Origin: Veleropilina oligotropha | Lineage: Eukaryota | DNA: 64,000 bases | Reading direction: 5' to 3' | Assembly (NCBI GenBank): GCA_048128005.1 | Contig: JBEUKZ010000013.1 | Span: 62,001-126,000 of the forward strand | Shown here: in pieces, positions 32,933-45,770 of the stretch | Layout of the letters: the number at the start of each line of letters is the position of its first letter | How positions within the stretch are numbered: the first letter of the stretch is position 1 | Translations under genes and position numbers: made by a program | Notes under the pieces: generated by a model | Seen by the model: the letters and a program-made list of their open reading frames with translations, nothing else | The model's database searches: none | What the model was told of the DNA's origin: nothing

Positions 32933-33771
32933 CATTTTGTTTTGAAGATTCTAATAATTCAATGTTGCTGATTAACATTATATCTTGGTCACTATTATCA
33001 CAGAGCCATGCATTACTATAAATCAACAAATTTATGCTTCCACTTAATAATAAAATATGTGTATTAAGAATTTTGCAGTCTGCTTGTCAAAATATATTGG
33101 TTTCTTAACCTTTCCTGTGTGTAGTTTTTAGGGCACTATATTTTGACTGTATACTTATATGTGAGACTCGTACAGGGAAGGGCATGGGCCCGCATACATA
33201 CGGGAGTCGCATACGAAGGGTTATAATGGTGAATCCAACGTCATAGAACATTATATTACTTTGGTTGTTTTAGAGCTGGGATGGCTACAGTACTATAGAA
33301 ATATATGAGTCATGCGAGCCATTTCACGGCTTTGACGTTCTAGTCTTTCTCTTTACTCATAATGACAAACATTAATATTGGTTATTTTCAACAGTTTTGC
33401 TGGCATGTTTGTAAATGTTCTATCACTAACAAGAAATGTTATTATCAAGAAATGTATGATCTGCCATTAGGATTGATTGAAAAAATGTGGATTACTGATT
33501 CATGTTCTTCGTTTTATTTCAGCGCAATACAAGTTAATAAAGAGGACTGACGTGCTTTAACAATTTTGCAACCAGAGGTGTGTTTTTCACCACTCAAAAC
33601 AATATCAGCTCGCTCTGTATGGTGTTTTGAAGAAAGCCGCAAACAGGAAAGAGCATTCTACAGACATTTTAAAATATGGTGATGAACTGAAACATTTGCG
33701 GACTCTTGAGCAAGTTTCCGAGACATATCGCCCACGGATGACTTTTCCAGTAACGCAATCATAGCCATAAA

Positions 33772-35304
33772 ATGTCAATCCACACTGGGGAAAAGCCATA
33801 TCAATGCAGTGAATGCAATGAGTCATTTTCGCAAGAAAGAACTCTTACCACACTCATGCTGAGACATACAGAGGAAGAGATAAATAAGTGTACAGTGTGC
33901 AATCGGACATTTTCACGACTGGATACTTTTACGAGACACATGAGAAGCCATAATTGCGACAAACCGTACGAATGTGGTCACTGCGATCATAGATGTTCAA
34001 CCGCAGGCAATCTTAGGTCACACATACGATTACATAGTGGGGATAAACCATACCAATGTATTGTTTGTAATATGACATTTTCTCAACCAAGTAATCTTAA
34101 ATCACACATGATAACCCATTCTGAGGAGACGCCATATCAGTGTGCTGTATGCAGTAAGGCATTTGCACGAGCAGTTAGTTTTAAGAGACACGTGCGAATC
34201 CATCCTGGGGAGAAACCATACCAATGTGTTGTGTGTAATCAGACCTTTTCGAGCCCGGGAAATCTTAAGACTCACAGGATTATCCATAATATGGATACGC
34301 CACACCAGTGTGATGTGTGTTGCAAGACATTTGCACAAGCAAGTACTCTTAAAACGCACATGCGAATCCATACCGGGGAGAAATCATACCAATGTGGTCA
34401 CTGTGATTATAGATGTTCAACTGCAGGCAATCTTAGGTCACACATGCGAATCCATTCTGGAGAGAAACCATACCAATGTGTTGTTTGTAATCGGACATTT
34501 TCTCATTCAAATAGTCTTAAATCACACATGGTAATCCATACTGGGGAGATGCCGTATCAGTGCGCTGAGTGTAGTAAGACATTTGCACGAGCAGTTAGTC
34601 TTAAGAGACACATGCGAATCCATACCGGGGAAAAAACATACCAATGTGGCCAATGTGATTATAGATGTTTTACTGCAAGTAGTCTTGAGTCACACATGCG
34701 AATCCATACCGGGGATAAACCATACCAATGTGGTCAATGTGATTATAGATGTGTTACTGCAGGTAGTCTTGAGTCACACATGCGAATCCATTCTGGAGAG
34801 AAACCATGCCAATGTGTTGTTTGTAATCTGACATTTTCTCATTCAAATGGTCTTAAATCACACATGGTAATCCATACTGGGGAGATGCCGTATCAGTGTG
34901 CTGTGTGTAATAAGACATTTGCACGAGCAATTAGTCTTAAGAGACACATGCGAATCCATACCGGGGAGAAACCATACCAGTGCGTTGTGTGCAATCGGAC
35001 CTTTTCTCACTCGGGCAGTCTTAAGACACACATACTTATCCATACCAAGAAGAAGCCACACCAGTGTGTTGTGTGTAATAAGACATTTGCACAATCAAGT
35101 ACTCTGAAGGCCCACATGCGAAAACACACCGGGGAAAAACGTTTCCAATGCGGTGTTTGTAACAGTACATTTTTTAACGCATGTAATATTAAGGCTCACA
35201 TGTTAATACACACTGTGGAGAAACCACATCAATGCGTTATTTGTAATCGGAAATTTGCACTACCACATACTCTGAGGAAGCACATGGTAATACATAACAG
35301 GTAA
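33772..35304 (+). CDS. Tandem C2H2 zinc-finger protein (18 fingers, first degenerate); may be the last exon of a spliced gene
   Basis: Repeated CxxC-x12-H-x3-H with HTGEKPY-type linkers; uninterrupted 510-aa ORF. Confidence 0.93.
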   Translation: MSIHTGEKPYQCSECNESFSQERTLTTLMLRHTEEEINKCTVCNRTFSRLDTFTRHMRSHNCDKPYECGHCDHRCSTAGNLRSHIRLHSGDKPYQCIVCNMTFSQPSNLKSHMITHSEETPYQCAVCSKAFARAVSFKRHVRIHPGEKPYQCVVCNQTFSSPGNLKTHRIIHNMDTPHQCDVCCKTFAQASTLKTHMRIHTGEKSYQCGHCDYRCSTAGNLRSHMRIHSGEKPYQCVVCNRTFSHSNSLKSHMVIHTGEMPYQCAECSKTFARAVSLKRHMRIHTGEKTYQCGQCDYRCFTASSLESHMRIHTGDKPYQCGQCDYRCVTAGSLESHMRIHSGEKPCQCVVCNLTFSHSNGLKSHMVIHTGEMPYQCAVCNKTFARAISLKRHMRIHTGEKPYQCVVCNRTFSHSGSLKTHILIHTKKKPHQCVVCNKTFAQSSTLKAHMRKHTGEKRFQCGVCNSTFFNACNIKAHMLIHTVEKPHQCVICNRKFALPHTLRKHMVIHNR

Positions 35305-36409
35305 AACCACTTTTTTAGTCTATAATCTGACTTTTTGATGAGCAAGTGGTTTATTCAACCCCTGAAAATAATAAAGGGTATTTACCATGTATATATATCA
35401 GTGAGTCATATCAGAAAACCTGATGTTCCGAAAACATGTACCGGTATATAATTATTCCATCTGCATTTTTGGCTCACATGCAACGCAGATGCGAGCCTAT
35501 GTAATGATGATGTACGGCTGTCCGGCCGGCCGGCCGCAGCGAATGGTAAAGTTTTTCAATCATGCTATATAGGCAACCCTGTGCTCTCTTTATCATAATA
35601 TTATTGTAGATATATCTATTCCCATGTTGCACAACACTACACTAGTAATATTGAATGTAATTTAAATAATATTTTGCTTCAAAATGCTGCTTTTGGACTT
35701 AGAAATTTTGAATGTTAAAGTTTTTCAATAATGCTATATAGGCAAACAATTGCACTCTTTATCATCGTTTTATATGACATATGGCTACTCCTATGTTGGA
35801 CGATACTATAACAGTAACATGTAACTTCTGGACTTAGAAATATTTTGTTAAAGTATTTGGTTAAAGTTTTTCAACGATGCTATAATATATGACATTGAAA
35901 CTTTTTAGCGTTTTCGAACTTTAGGTATGTTTATTTTAATATCCTATGGCACCAGACAGTATTATTTAAGGTAAATTAAATTTATTTTATCACAAAAAAA
36001 GAAGTTGTGAGATTTTAACATGGAAAATTTTATAAAGTTAGATGTTAAAGTTTTTTTCTCAAGGTTACATGTACAATCGCTTGCATTCTTTCATTTTTTT
36101 GCTCGCATGCAACACAGATGCGAGCCTATGTAATGATGATGTACGTCTGTCCGCGCATGAATGTTAAAGTTTTTCAATGATGCTATATAGGCAACCCTGT
36201 GCTCTCTTTATCATAATTGTCTCGCCCCGAAGGGAAAGCGAGACTTTAATAGGGATTACATTTTCCTGTGTCGTCGGCGTCGGCGTCGTCGGTGTCGTGT
36301 CATTTTTGGTTAAAGTTTTTCATTGCATGTGTATGGGTTGCTAAAGGCACTTTTATGCATACATATGCATTGGTAATGGTTATATGGACAACACCTGATA
36401 CTCTGGAAC

Positions 36410-39400
36410 TGTTATTGAATGGAATTCAATCAGGGGCGCAATCCGGTGGAGTCCTCCCCGTTGACGGAGTTCCCTTCGGGGTTCTGTAGTGGGAGGTACC
36501 TCCGGGCCAGTTCGCGTTCGATCCCGTTTGCATGTACTGGTCCGTGCCTGGCGACTGAGCCGGCTCGTGTTGACGCAGCGATGCATGTAGCAAAGCGGGG
36601 TGTAGATGGTGTTACCAAGTTCGGACTTCAAGAACTGGCGGAATGCCCGTCACCGCGTCACAGTGTTAATGGGATAAATAAATAGTTATGTATCCTGCAA
36701 TTGTTTGCCATATTTTCGGAGCACACGATGGGAGGTTAATGGTCTTCATTATACGTGTCGTCTAGGTTCCTCTAATATCTGCTATTATCTCTACTCGCCG
36801 ACTCAGGTCATTCCAACATTTATAATGGACCGTTGTGTTATCCATGCTGGAATGCGATGGTATGCGTTAACATCCCTGTGACAAGACGCTATCCGCTGGA
36901 GTCGTTGAGTTATTATCTCGCTACTACTTTACAAGGCATTGATGGTTTCTGGACAATTCATTTATATATGTCCTCAACATAGTACAAATTACATAGTATA
37001 CAATTTTCTATGCTACACAAAATGAGCCCCGCCCGGGCGTGCTTTCTAGCTGGTAGCGAGTCCGGGACTGCCGCTCTTCGGCAATAACTCGAATCCTTCT
37101 ACCCTTGCCTCGACCAATCGGATCTCGTGCTTTGGATTCGTCTAAACTTGTCCAACGTGGCACTTCCAACGTGGCAACAGTAACGCGTGCAAAATGACTC
37201 AGTATCATTAATCTATTTCAGTTATATAAACATGTCAAACATGTCCACCCATGCCATCCTTATGTGACGTCAATCTCTTTATGGCATGGGCTCTTAGTGC
37301 AATTAGTCACATTTAAAACAATACTAATTTACCATTCTTAAAGTTAACTCGTATACTAATTTACCATTCTTAAAGTTAACTCGTTAAGTAATTAGACATC
37401 ATATTGTAACAGTACCTCCCATACTGCGAAGAATATTAATCACATTAAGATTCTCATTTAGTCATTCAATATGATTTGTAATCAAAACATAGTGCAACAA
37501 TAATAAAAACATGCACAATTGAATAAAGCATGCACTATATAACTCAACAATCAAATGTATGTCAAAACAATTAAGATCATCAATAAATTTACTAAGAGTC
37601 TCTTTAACCCCATGTATCATCACATGGGTCACTACATAAAGTGAATCGCGCACATTGTTCATTCCTCGCAAGGCACATCCATTCAGTCCTAATCTCGTGC
37701 GATTGGTCGACGATCCAGACACACAGTTCGTAAATATGTCCAATCCTCAGTCGTCGCACCAATTAAACATGTCGTAGGGTCTTAGTCGTCGCACGCATAT
37801 TCATTGATTTAATCGTGACACAATGGATGACCTGGAAGAAAGATCAAAGCAGCAATATATGTCCTCTAAATTATGTTCACACTTGAACTAAAGTGGTGCT
37901 CTCAATTAGCACCAACACGATTTACCATTAGGCAATACTATGCCACTTTATGACATGAAAACTTCATGCTACTTAATACAATCATCATCAACATGGGTGT
38001 ACATCATTTTGACAAGTTACATTCATCTTCAGTAACTTACACGTCTTACTCTTCATTTATTTGTGCTGGGTTTCCATATCCTCAGCTTCTCAATTTCTCA
38101 ATATCTTCAAGTGTCCAGCCCTCTCGGCCAGAAAAATTTAACTTGTTTACTAGAATTGCTAGTCACCATTGAGTATCTTAGGCGTTATCGGCTATTATCT
38201 CCCGATGACGACACATTGCACATCATTGATTTAATTAATTGGTTTCGTGTGTCTTTTCTGCATTACACCTGTTCTCTTTTCGACCAAGTTTATGGCCAAC
38301 GAATATTTCTTCTCACAATGAACCGTAAGTTTAAACATTATACATCCAATTATGACAATCACTTGCAGGATTGTGAACGCCTTAATAGAACTCAATCGCT
38401 GTATGCCTTTCAATTCGGAAATAATGCTTTCTCTAAGGCATTCGGTTCATTTGTTAGTCACTTATTAGTACCAATAAACTCAGCTAACAGATCTTACGAC
38501 AATCTCGAAAATACAAGACACTACCTATTGCAAATTTATTCATCGCTCCGCCTATTGGTCATCATTTATTAATTGACCATCTTTAGCACTCCTTGTTTTT
38601 ATTTGGTGGACTTCATATCCACATTTTCTCAATCACCTCTTTCATGATCACCTCTTTCAAGGGTCAGTTATCAGTGGCGTGTTACGACCAATCATCCACG
38701 TGTTACTAACTCTTACTGAAGAATGCATTCGTTAGACTATCCGACATGTGAACATAAAAGTCATTAAACGAGACCAAAAATCAATTTGATCCAACAACCA
38801 GGAAGCGTGTTCCAAGTCGAAGAACACGCCGCGAAGCCCCGGTTGACCCTTTAGTTCAAGCGCTAATAAATTAATGAAAAGTTACCAACTCATGTTAGAC
38901 AGACCTAACACTCACTCTCTATCTCATCAGTAGATATCACCCTTACGTCTATCACCCCACTGTCACCACGACCCTCAGTGCACTTTTACTATTCAGGGGA
39001 ATCACTCCACCCTGTCTCTATTAGTTGCGTTAATGTCTGTACACCCTATGACTGTTTTATTATTTGATTTCATTTACATTATTTCACCTCTCCCTCCGAT
39101 TGGCATTCACGAGGTCCAATCAACCTTATCAGTTCACCCTAAACCGGTTTCGAACTGTATTATGGTGCAAATGATTTAATTCCTCCTTTCAAAGCCGAAA
39201 CAGCCCCCGACATAACGTCGACACCTAACATGTACGTGTCTTATTACATGTGCGTCCTCACATAACAATGCTCTTGGTCACGTCTTTTATTTCTCAACAC
39301 TTGTCAAATGAAATCAAACAATTCTAACATTTATTACTTTTCCTGCCTCACTATTTCTGTTTCTGACTCAATTAATCTGCAAAATATATTTTCCTCTATG

Positions 39401-42400
39401 GCTTCCCAGTTACAAAATACTATACTCTGCGAGTTTGTTTACAAAGGTCAACTGTGCTGATCCCTCGCTGCAAGGAGCCAAAATTGTGTAATCAATCTAG
39501 TCTCTGGCAGTTACAGTAATGCATATCTCAAGCATTTATCAGGCGACATACATTAAAACAGCCAATGCATAAATTGACACAATTTCTCGCAGCATTTGTA
39601 GAAACTGATACACTTTTGTTTTATACCACACTATGACTTGCTCAATAGTGCATTACATGGCATACAATAGATCCATTATACAATGGAAACAATACATATT
39701 TCTGCTATAAATACAGTTTAGCTCTTAAATTATGGTAACTATCTTATCCCTATTCCGGTTCCAATATAAATAAGATAATTCAAAGCATGCAAACACAATA
39801 TTTATGTACAATACAACCATCTTCTAATTCATGGACTCTTATTTTAATTCCTTTACACGATTGGTTTCTCACCAGCATTCACCTCCATATTTATTTAATT
39901 TACTAACTGATGCCTTCTTTTCGGCCATTTGTATTACTTTAAATTTATAATCAGGTGTATTACAATTTGCAGACTTATTATATGACACACTCACCCTATG
40001 TTATTGTTGATAACAGCTCCATTTCGATACGCCATCTCAATTGCACTCTGTCTTTTGGTATGCCGGTCTGCAACAACCACCACGATATTTCCTCTGCGGT
40101 TTGTTGATATGCGTAGGTCAGCCCGGTCACGTCGAACCAAATTAACAGCTTGGTTCACCTGGTCACGCTCACCAAATTAACAACTGTAGCAATGCGGGGT
40201 GTAGATGGTGTTACCAAGTTCGGACTTCAAGAACTGGCGGAATGCCCGTCACCGCGTCACTGTGTTAATGGGATAAATAAATAGTTCTGTATCCTGCAAT
40301 TGTTTGCCATATGTTCGGAGCACACGATGGGAGGTTAATGGTCTTCATTATACGTGTCGTCTAGGTTCCTCTAATATCTGCTATTATCTCTACTTGCCGA
40401 CTCAGGTCATTCCAACATTTATAATGGACCGTTGTGTTATCCATGCTGGAATGCGATGGTATGCGTTAACATCCCCGTGACAAGACGCTATCCGCTGGAG
40501 TCGTTGAGTTATTATCTCTCTACTACTTTACAAGGCATTGATGGTTTCTGGACAATTCATTTATATATGTCCTCAACATAGTACAAATTACATAGTATAC
40601 AATTTTCTATGCTACACAAAATGAGCCCCGCCCGGGCGTGCTTTCTAGCTGGTAGCGAGTCCGGGACTGCCACTCTTCGGCAATAACTCGAATCCTTCTA
40701 CCCTTGCCTCGACCAATCGGATCTCGTGCTTTGGATTCGTCTAAACTTGTCCAACGTGGCACTTCCAACGTGGCAACAGTAACGCGTGCAAAATGACTCA
40801 GCATCATTAATCTATTTCAGTTATATAAACATGTCAAACATGTCCACCCATGCCATCCTTATGTGACGTCAATCTCTTTATGGCATGGGCTCTTAGTGCA
40901 ATTAGTCACATTTAAAACAATACTAATTTACCATTCTTAAAGTTAACTCGTATACTAATTTACCATTCTTAAAGTTAACTCGTTAAGTAATTAGACATCA
41001 TATTGTAACATGCGTCGACTGACCGCCAGTCACACTCCCTCTCTGGCGAAAGTTCCTTGGGCTGCCTTGGAAGCTTTTGAGAGCTCCGCCCGACGGGCTC
41101 TGCGCCTGTCGTCCGTACAGGATTTTTTCCTAGACGGGGCGATAGCCGTACTACAGGAGGAAGGACCCGGCGCCCGCGAGGCAGCCCTGTCCTTCCTCCA
41201 GGAGGTTGCTGCCGATATGGAGACCAGCGTGTTGGAGACGGGACGTGTCCTGGGTAACGCTCCCCTACTTTGTAGGGACGCTTGCCTGGAAGGCACCTCG
41301 CTGGATGAGGCCACCCGGCGCTCATTGCGATGCGTGCCTTGTTCGGCCACCACTCTCTTTGGAGACAATTTCTTGGAATTCGTCGACAAGAGAGCGGCGG
41401 ACCTGAAGGACCGTGCCATCGATAAGGCGGTGCTGCACCCCCCGGGGTCCACCCGCTGACTCGAGGAAGCGTTCAGGGCCCACCCGGACCCTGAAACCTT
41501 CCAAGTGTGCAAGGCCCTCTTCTGGTGGTAGGCACCCGGCCAGTAAACCCACTCAGAAGAGGCAAGGCAAGCACCTCCAACGAAATCCCGTCAGAGCAGG
41601 AGAGGGAAGCCGCCTCGGCCCTAGGGCTGCCGGCACACACGATGGCCCCAGCTGTCCGCTTCCGCCGGTGGGAGCATGTCTGTTAGCATACAGCCAGCCG
41701 TGGCTAGAACTAACAGACAGCAGCTGGGTCCACTCAGTCGTGAGTGCCGGATACAAGTTGACATTCAACCGGCATCCGACCCTAGCCGAGGCTCCACCAC
41801 CAAGCCGCGCTCGCCCCCTGCAAGGCGAGAAACAAGCGGTCTTAGACCAGACAGTGCGGGACTTACTCCTCAAAGGAGCGATATATCCCGCGCCGCCCAG
41901 CACACCAGGATTTTACAGTCATTTCTTCCTGGTCCCGAAACCCGATGGCCGCTGGCGACCGATCCTCTATCTCTCGTATCTCAACCGATATCTTCGCACC
42001 GAGAAATTCCAGCAAGAAACCCTCTCGAAGATACGAGCGGCCATCCGTCCGGGCGACTGGGCAGCATCTATCGATCTGACCGACGCGTATCTGCATGTCC
42101 CGATGCATATCACGGCTCATCAGTACCTTCGGTTTATACACGGGGAGACGATCTACCAATTCAGGTGCCTACCATTCGGTCTATCGTCAGCCCCGTACGT
42201 CTTCACGAGAACAGTACAGGCCCTCGGAGCCTTCCTACACTCTCTAGGGCACAGGGTACATATGTACCTCGACGACTGGCTGATCCTCGGGGCATCCCGG
42301 GATCTGTGCCACCGGTCTACGAGCTTTACCTGTCATCGGCGAAGCGACTGGGATTTCAAATCAACGAGACAAAATCCTGCTTCGTACCCTCCAAGACGTT

Positions 42401-45400
42401 TACGTTTCTCGGAGTCGAGTTCGATACGGTCCGGTACACCGCGAAACCGACCCAGAAACGTATACGGAACCTACGCGCGGTTATTCAAGACACCCTGTCA
42501 TCAGAGATAACTACGGCGCGACAACTGGCCACTGTCCTAGGGCACATCGAGTGGCCTGCTACCGACGGGTCGTCGTTACAACAGGCGTTCAGAGATTGCT
42601 GGATACAACGGACGGGGCAGTGGACGGATCGTATCGATCTTCGGCATTGGTTTACTCGCACGACAGCAGTGTGGCTGAACCCTGCTTTGCCGAGCCAGAC
42701 GGTTCCTATATCCCCGCCAGAGCCGAACGCTTACCTGTTCACAGCCGCTTCGAACGACGGCTGGGGTGGTCACCTCGACAATTACGAGACATCGGGCCTA
42801 TGGCCGATGGACCTTCAGGGACGACACATAAACTACCTAGAGCTAGAAGCGGTCTACCTGACAGTACGGTCCCTCTCGTCACATCTCCGCAACCAGCACA
42901 TAATGCTCGCCACGGACAAGACGACTGTCGTCGCTTACATTCAACACCAGGGCGGCACTCGCCCGCATCCCCTTTGCGACCGAGCAATCGACCTACACCG
43001 CCTAGTGATGTCCCTCAACTCGACGATACGAGCAAGACACATCCCGGGAAAGCTCAATGTCAGAGCGGACTCGCTCTCTCGGAAATCACAGATTATACAC
43101 ACAGAGTGGACGCTACACAGCCGAGTAGCTCGGGACGTTTGTCGCCGGTGGTCACAACCCCAAGTCGATCTGTTTGCAACAGAATTCAATCACCGACTAC
43201 CTCTGTATGTTTCCCCGTACCCGGACCCAGCCGCCCTAGCGGTCGACGCACTGTCAATAACATGGGAGGATCTGTCCGCGTATGCCTTCCCCCCGTCGTG
43301 CATCCTGTCACTTGTACTACAGAAGGCATCGAAGGAACGTTGCGAGATAATGCTAATCGCGCCCCTGTATCGCACGCAACCTTGGTTCCCGACCCTCCTC
43401 GATCTGATCGTCGATCGACCGTTAGTGCTCCCACAGAGACCGGACCTGTTAATGCAGTCACGCAGTCGTGTGTTACACCCGTCGTCGAACGACTTACGTT
43501 TACATGCCTGGGGATTATCGAACGATCCCTCGCTAAGAAAGGATTTTCTCGCACTACAGCCCTACGCATCTACCGATCGAGAAGGCTTTCCACGTCTAAA
43601 GTATACGACTACCGATGTGTCAAATACGTGGATTGGTGTCACAGCCGGCAGGTCAATATTACCCGCCCCCCTGTGAACAAATTTATCGAGTTTCTATCGT
43701 CGCTCTTTGAACGGGGAATGTCAGTGTCTGCCGTCAAAGGCTATCGGGCAACGGTCGCGACCACATTAAAACAGTGCTGTGCCGGTGTTAGCCTGTCTAG
43801 CGACCGAACGATTTCGGATTTTATACGAACTCGAAATTCTGACCCGCACGATACGGCCGCCAGCCTGGAACATCATTCTCGTACTTAACGCTCTACTTAC
43901 ACATCCATACGAGCTTATGTGCTCGCCTTTTATGAGAAATTTAACGCACAAAACGTTTTTTCTGATCGCCTTAGCGTCGGGCAGGCGTTGTTCCGAAATT
44001 CATAGTCTATCCGCAGAGCTACGAGACGTTCGTTTCCAGTCAGACGGGTCGGTGATGCTGCGTCCTATTTTGGGCTTCCTCGCCAAGAATCAACGGCCGA
44101 ACGAAGACCCCCCGATATCATTATCCCCAAGCTTACGCTGGTCGGAAGACACGATATGGACCGTTTAAACTGTCCTGTGCATGCCTTACGTTACTACCTC
44201 GACAGTACCCGTGATATGCGGCAGGGAAAACTACGTCCATTTATTTCGTATTTACCTTCCTATACCCGCGACATTACGAAGACGACTGTTTCGCGGTGGA
44301 TTTCACAGGTGGTGAGAGACGTGTACTCTCGCTGTGAAAACGTAGACCGCATGATTGTTTCGGTTCGCGCGCACGAGGTCCGTGCAATTGCAGCTTCCAT
44401 CGCCTTCCGATACAGTCTCAACATCTCAGCGTTGCTACAAGCAGGTTACTGGAAGAGTCCAAATGTTTTTGTTAAACATTACCTGCGGGATTATTCCACT
44501 GGGGCTGACGGGTTGTGCAGCCTGCAATGTGTAGCTGCTCAATGATGTATTATTAGACAAAGGTCGTCTAATCAGTCGGCAAGTATTTTGTCTTGATTGA
44601 TCAATTTAATACTTCGTGCTGAAGCAATGTTATTGTTATGCCTAGGTGTTACTATGTAAACACATTATGAGGCGGTTCAATGTATGTTCATTTCTTAAAA
44701 ACATTTTAAGATCTTGATACTTTCATGTCATACCTGAGTATTTTGTCAGGCCAGTTCACATTGAATATAATAAACATTTATATTGCAAAAAATCTTATAG
44801 GATTTTGAGGTTCAATATTATTTGTGTTCTATGCTGTTATAGAACATACGATGTTCAAGACATTGAAAATTTTTTAATATTTGCTTCCTTAAAATTCATT
44901 TTAAGTAACATGTACTCATGTTAGCTTTTTGCAAGTTGGTCATGCGAATTACTTATTAATATCGATTATTTATTTTAATCTATTAATTCTTTGCTTAAGA
45001 TTTGATGTCTTCACAACCTAACTATTAGGTTCCGTGTGCCTACAAATCCGACTGCTTCCTCTGGCTACCGGCCTATGGCCCGGAGTACCAGTTGGCTGCC
45101 ACTGGTCCATGACACGTAAGACCTACAAGGATCTTCCTTCCGGCCGTGCCTGGGGCTGATTTCACTTCCGTTCACCTTGTCCGACTAACACCACGGCGTA
45201 TTATCCCGGTAACACTGGTCGAAATTCTCGCCTGGTAAGAGTAGAATATAATACTCAGCAGATTCCACTCCGAGCGGACACAATCGTCGCTTCAAGCTGA
45301 TTGATATGGTGAAAAGTAAGTCATAATCTTGTTTGGGATTGTTGTAAGGAACTTCTTACCCACCTATCCAAGGTCATTCTGGCAAGTGTAAGGACGTAAG

Positions 45401-45770
45401 TAAGTTTGTAACTACATATGAGGTTTTTAAGTAAACCTAATATTAGTCAAAACATACTTACGTCCTTACTACGATTACCCGCCCTGCGCTTTCGCATTCC
45501 TCCCCTCTTACTAAGTTCCTTTGGCGTTCTGAACTTTGAATTGAGGCCTTGTGACCTTGAGCTCGGACATCTCGCGAGACTTGGCGAGATCTCGCCGGGG
45601 GAACTTAGAGAGGGGGAGCAGGGGAGGTAATCGTAGTGTTTTTGACTTAATAGTGCATACAATGTGACATTATTCACTGTTTCCGGTTAGCGATAATATG
45701 ACTATTATGGCAAGTGTAAGGACGTAAGTATGTTTTAACTAATATTAGGTTTACTTAAAAACCTCATTTT
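36410..45770 (+). mobile_element. DIRS1-like tyrosine-recombinase retrotransposon, 5'-truncated and decayed (gag, RT, RNase H, methyltransferase-like domain, YR)
   Basis: RT: FLVPKPDGRWRPI, SIDLTDAY, LPFGL, YLDDWLI. RNase H: HINYLELEAV, HIPGKLNVRADSLSR. MT-like: VDLFAT, YAFPP. YR: ASGRRCSEI, RAHEVR, GYWKS..F.KHY. Several frameshifts. Complementary terminal repeats at 45380-45770. Confidence 0.92.
36586..41010 (-). mobile_element. Non-autonomous LTR retrotransposon (4.4 kb) inserted in DIRS gag
   Basis: 826-bp TG...CA direct repeats at 36586-37411 and 40185-41010. PBS-like TGGTGAGCGTGACC and PPT-like GGGAGGTAC on the minus strand. TSD TGCA/TGCG. No long internal ORF. Confidence 0.9.

Larger units (their letters stand above)
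13557..33344 (+). mobile_element. Non-autonomous Helentron/Helitron-like element whose ends bracket the nested SINE, tandem array and virus
   Basis: 5' head tttttggctcgcatg...gagcc (13557, again ~14215). 3' end catgcgagcc...ctagt at 33311-33344. The same head/tail pair occurs at 35466/36095 and 46039-46072. Confidence 0.5.

Noticed and set aside
38063..38572. 169-aa ORF inside the LTR element
   Set aside because: Non-ATG start, antisense to the element, and no recognisable motif.
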